Shown in pieces: positions 62,625 to 64,000 of a DNA stretch of 64,000 bases. Every line of letters begins with the position of its first letter. Position 1 is the stretch's first letter. Source of the stretch: an uncultured cyanobacterium. GTDB taxonomy: Bacteria > Cyanobacteriota > Cyanobacteriia > Cyanobacteriales > CAWCAG01. The stretch spans positions 288,001 through 352,000 of the forward strand of contig CAWCAG010000001.1 of assembly GCA_963793425.1 (NCBI GenBank). Direction: 5' to 3'. A model generated the notes under the pieces. It did no database searches. It saw only the letters and a list, made by a program, of their open reading frames with translations, and had not been told where the DNA came from. A program made the translations under genes and the position numbers.

Positions 62625-64000
62625 ATGTCTGTTACTAATGCCCTCTACTGTATTAACCCTGATTGTCATGGGCCTCACCAAGCGGGAAACAATCGCTTTT
62701 GTACCACTTGCGGCACATCTTTGTGTTTAAATAACCGCTACCTTCCGCTCAAAAAATTGGGGGCAGGAGGATTTGCTGCGATTTATACAGTCTGGGATCT
62801 TCAGTCCCAAGAAGAAAAAGTTCTCAAAGTACTTACGGTAACTTCTCCTAAAGCTAGGCAACTATTTGAGCAAGAAGCAGAAGTTATGGCTACTTTAAAC
62901 CATCCTGGCATCCCTAAAGTAGAAAGGGGAGGTTATTTTTATCTTAAACAAGGCGGCAATCAACTTTCTCAACTACCTTGTTTAGTCATGGAAAAAATTA
63001 ATGGTCAAACCTTAGAAGATATTTTAGACAAATACCCCCAAGGCTGCCCAGAAGAATTGGTTTATGATTGGTTACGCCAGGGCATTGAAATTTTACAGGA
63101 ATTACATCAACGGCACATCATCCATCGCGACATTAAACCATCTAACTTAATGTTGCGTACTCCTTCACCTCCCAGGGCAACAACCCCCGGTAAAACCATA
63201 CCGCCCCTATCTCCCTCTGCCATTGGTATGGCCCAATTAGTCTTAATTGACTTTGGTGGTGCAAAACATACAGGTTTGGTACAAGGAGAAATCAACAACA
63301 CTTCCACCCGTTTATTTTCCTCTGGTTACAGTCCTCCGGAACAAATTTCTGGGCATCGAGTTGCACCAGCAACAGATTTTTATGCTTTAGGACGTACCGC
63401 CATTCATTTACTCACAGGCAAGCATCCCCTGGAATTAGAAGATATCATGACCGGGGAATTGCAGTGGCGACAAGAAGCAAAAGTTGGAGACGAATTAGCC
63501 AACCTTCTCGACAATTTAGTCCGTGTAGATGCCCGCCAAAGACCCCCTACAGAAGAAATTAGCCAACGCTTAAATAGGCTACCCCAACCAGCATCTACCC
63601 ACTCTCCTTCCCCCACTTTAATAATTTCTGCCCCTGCCTTTACTCAATTTGGCCAACAAGTTGGCCAACAAATTACTCAAAAATCGGGGAATCTTCTTGC
63701 TGGGGTAGGCAAAGCGATCAAAAAATCACTGCGCTTAAGTTGGGACTTAGTTTGGGGAACTACCGTTGGTTTAATTGATACCATCGGAGAAATTATTTTT
63801 GGTATCTTAGGAACCAGCATTGGCGCTACCGTAGGCTTTGTGTTAACCTACGCCACAGTTTTGGGTAGCAGGATGGAATTGCTAGCCAGTACTCTTTTTC
63901 CCGGAGGAGTAATCAACGAAGGCGCAGAAGCAATTATCTTCGCTATGGCAGGGTTAGGGGCAGCTTGGGGCTTAACTTTACCCGGTGGATTCGGTCAGCG
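62625..64000 (+). CDS. Ser/Thr protein kinase with N-terminal 4-Cys zinc-ribbon prefix (3' end outside window)
   Basis: Manual translation MSVTNALYCINPDC...FCTTCG...LGAGGF; HRDIKPSN, LIDFGGAK, GYSPPEQ. Confidence 0.92.
   Translation, partial: MSVTNALYCINPDCHGPHQAGNNRFCTTCGTSLCLNNRYLPLKKLGAGGFAAIYTVWDLQSQEEKVLKVLTVTSPKARQLFEQEAEVMATLNHPGIPKVERGGYFYLKQGGNQLSQLPCLVMEKINGQTLEDILDKYPQGCPEELVYDWLRQGIEILQELHQRHIIHRDIKPSNLMLRTPSPPRATTPGKTIPPLSPSAIGMAQLVLIDFGGAKHTGLVQGEINNTSTRLFSSGYSPPEQISGHRVAPATDFYALGRTAIHLLTGKHPLELEDIMTGELQWRQEAKVGDELANLLDNLVRVDARQRPPTEEISQRLNRLPQPASTHSPSPTLIISAPAFTQFGQQVGQQITQKSGNLLAGVGKAIKKSLRLSWDLVWGTTVGLIDTIGEIIFGILGTSIGATVGFVLTYATVLGSRMELLASTLFPGGVINEGAEAIIFAMAGLGAAWGLTLPGGFGQ

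Overview
Cyanobacterial chromosomal segment, supported by many HIP1 GCGATCGC octamers, a split-intein dnaE-N, sufR-sufBCDS with paired CAAC-N6-GTTG boxes, heptamer STRR repeats and PEP-CTERM proteins. Housekeeping genes (bioB, rseP, nth, rpsN, aat, murD, sufRBCDS, crtE, ROK kinase, dnaE-N) are interleaved with accessory loci. These are an hps-like glycosyltransferase cluster, a NACHT-pentapeptide-TPR gene, a divergent sedoheptulose-7-phosphate cyclase paired with a GT-like gene, a Ser/Thr kinase plus SxxK hydrolase pair, a type II R-M pair with a broken nuclease, a TPR-CHAT gene, three PEP-CTERM proteins and a haemagglutinin-like exoprotein. At least six accessory genes are disrupted by nonsense codons, indels or internal deletions. 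The most interesting signals: (i) a 15-nt pentapeptide array in the NACHT gene whose central units vary only at consensus adenines; (ii) a DDGS-like cyclase coupled to a GT-like gene rather than the usual mysB/mysC; (iii) a duplicated ~75-bp non-coding element with a covarying stem on both sides of a PEP-CTERM metallopeptidase. No rRNA, tRNA, CRISPR array, transposase or reverse transcriptase was recognised. All assignments come from reading the sequence; no searches were run.
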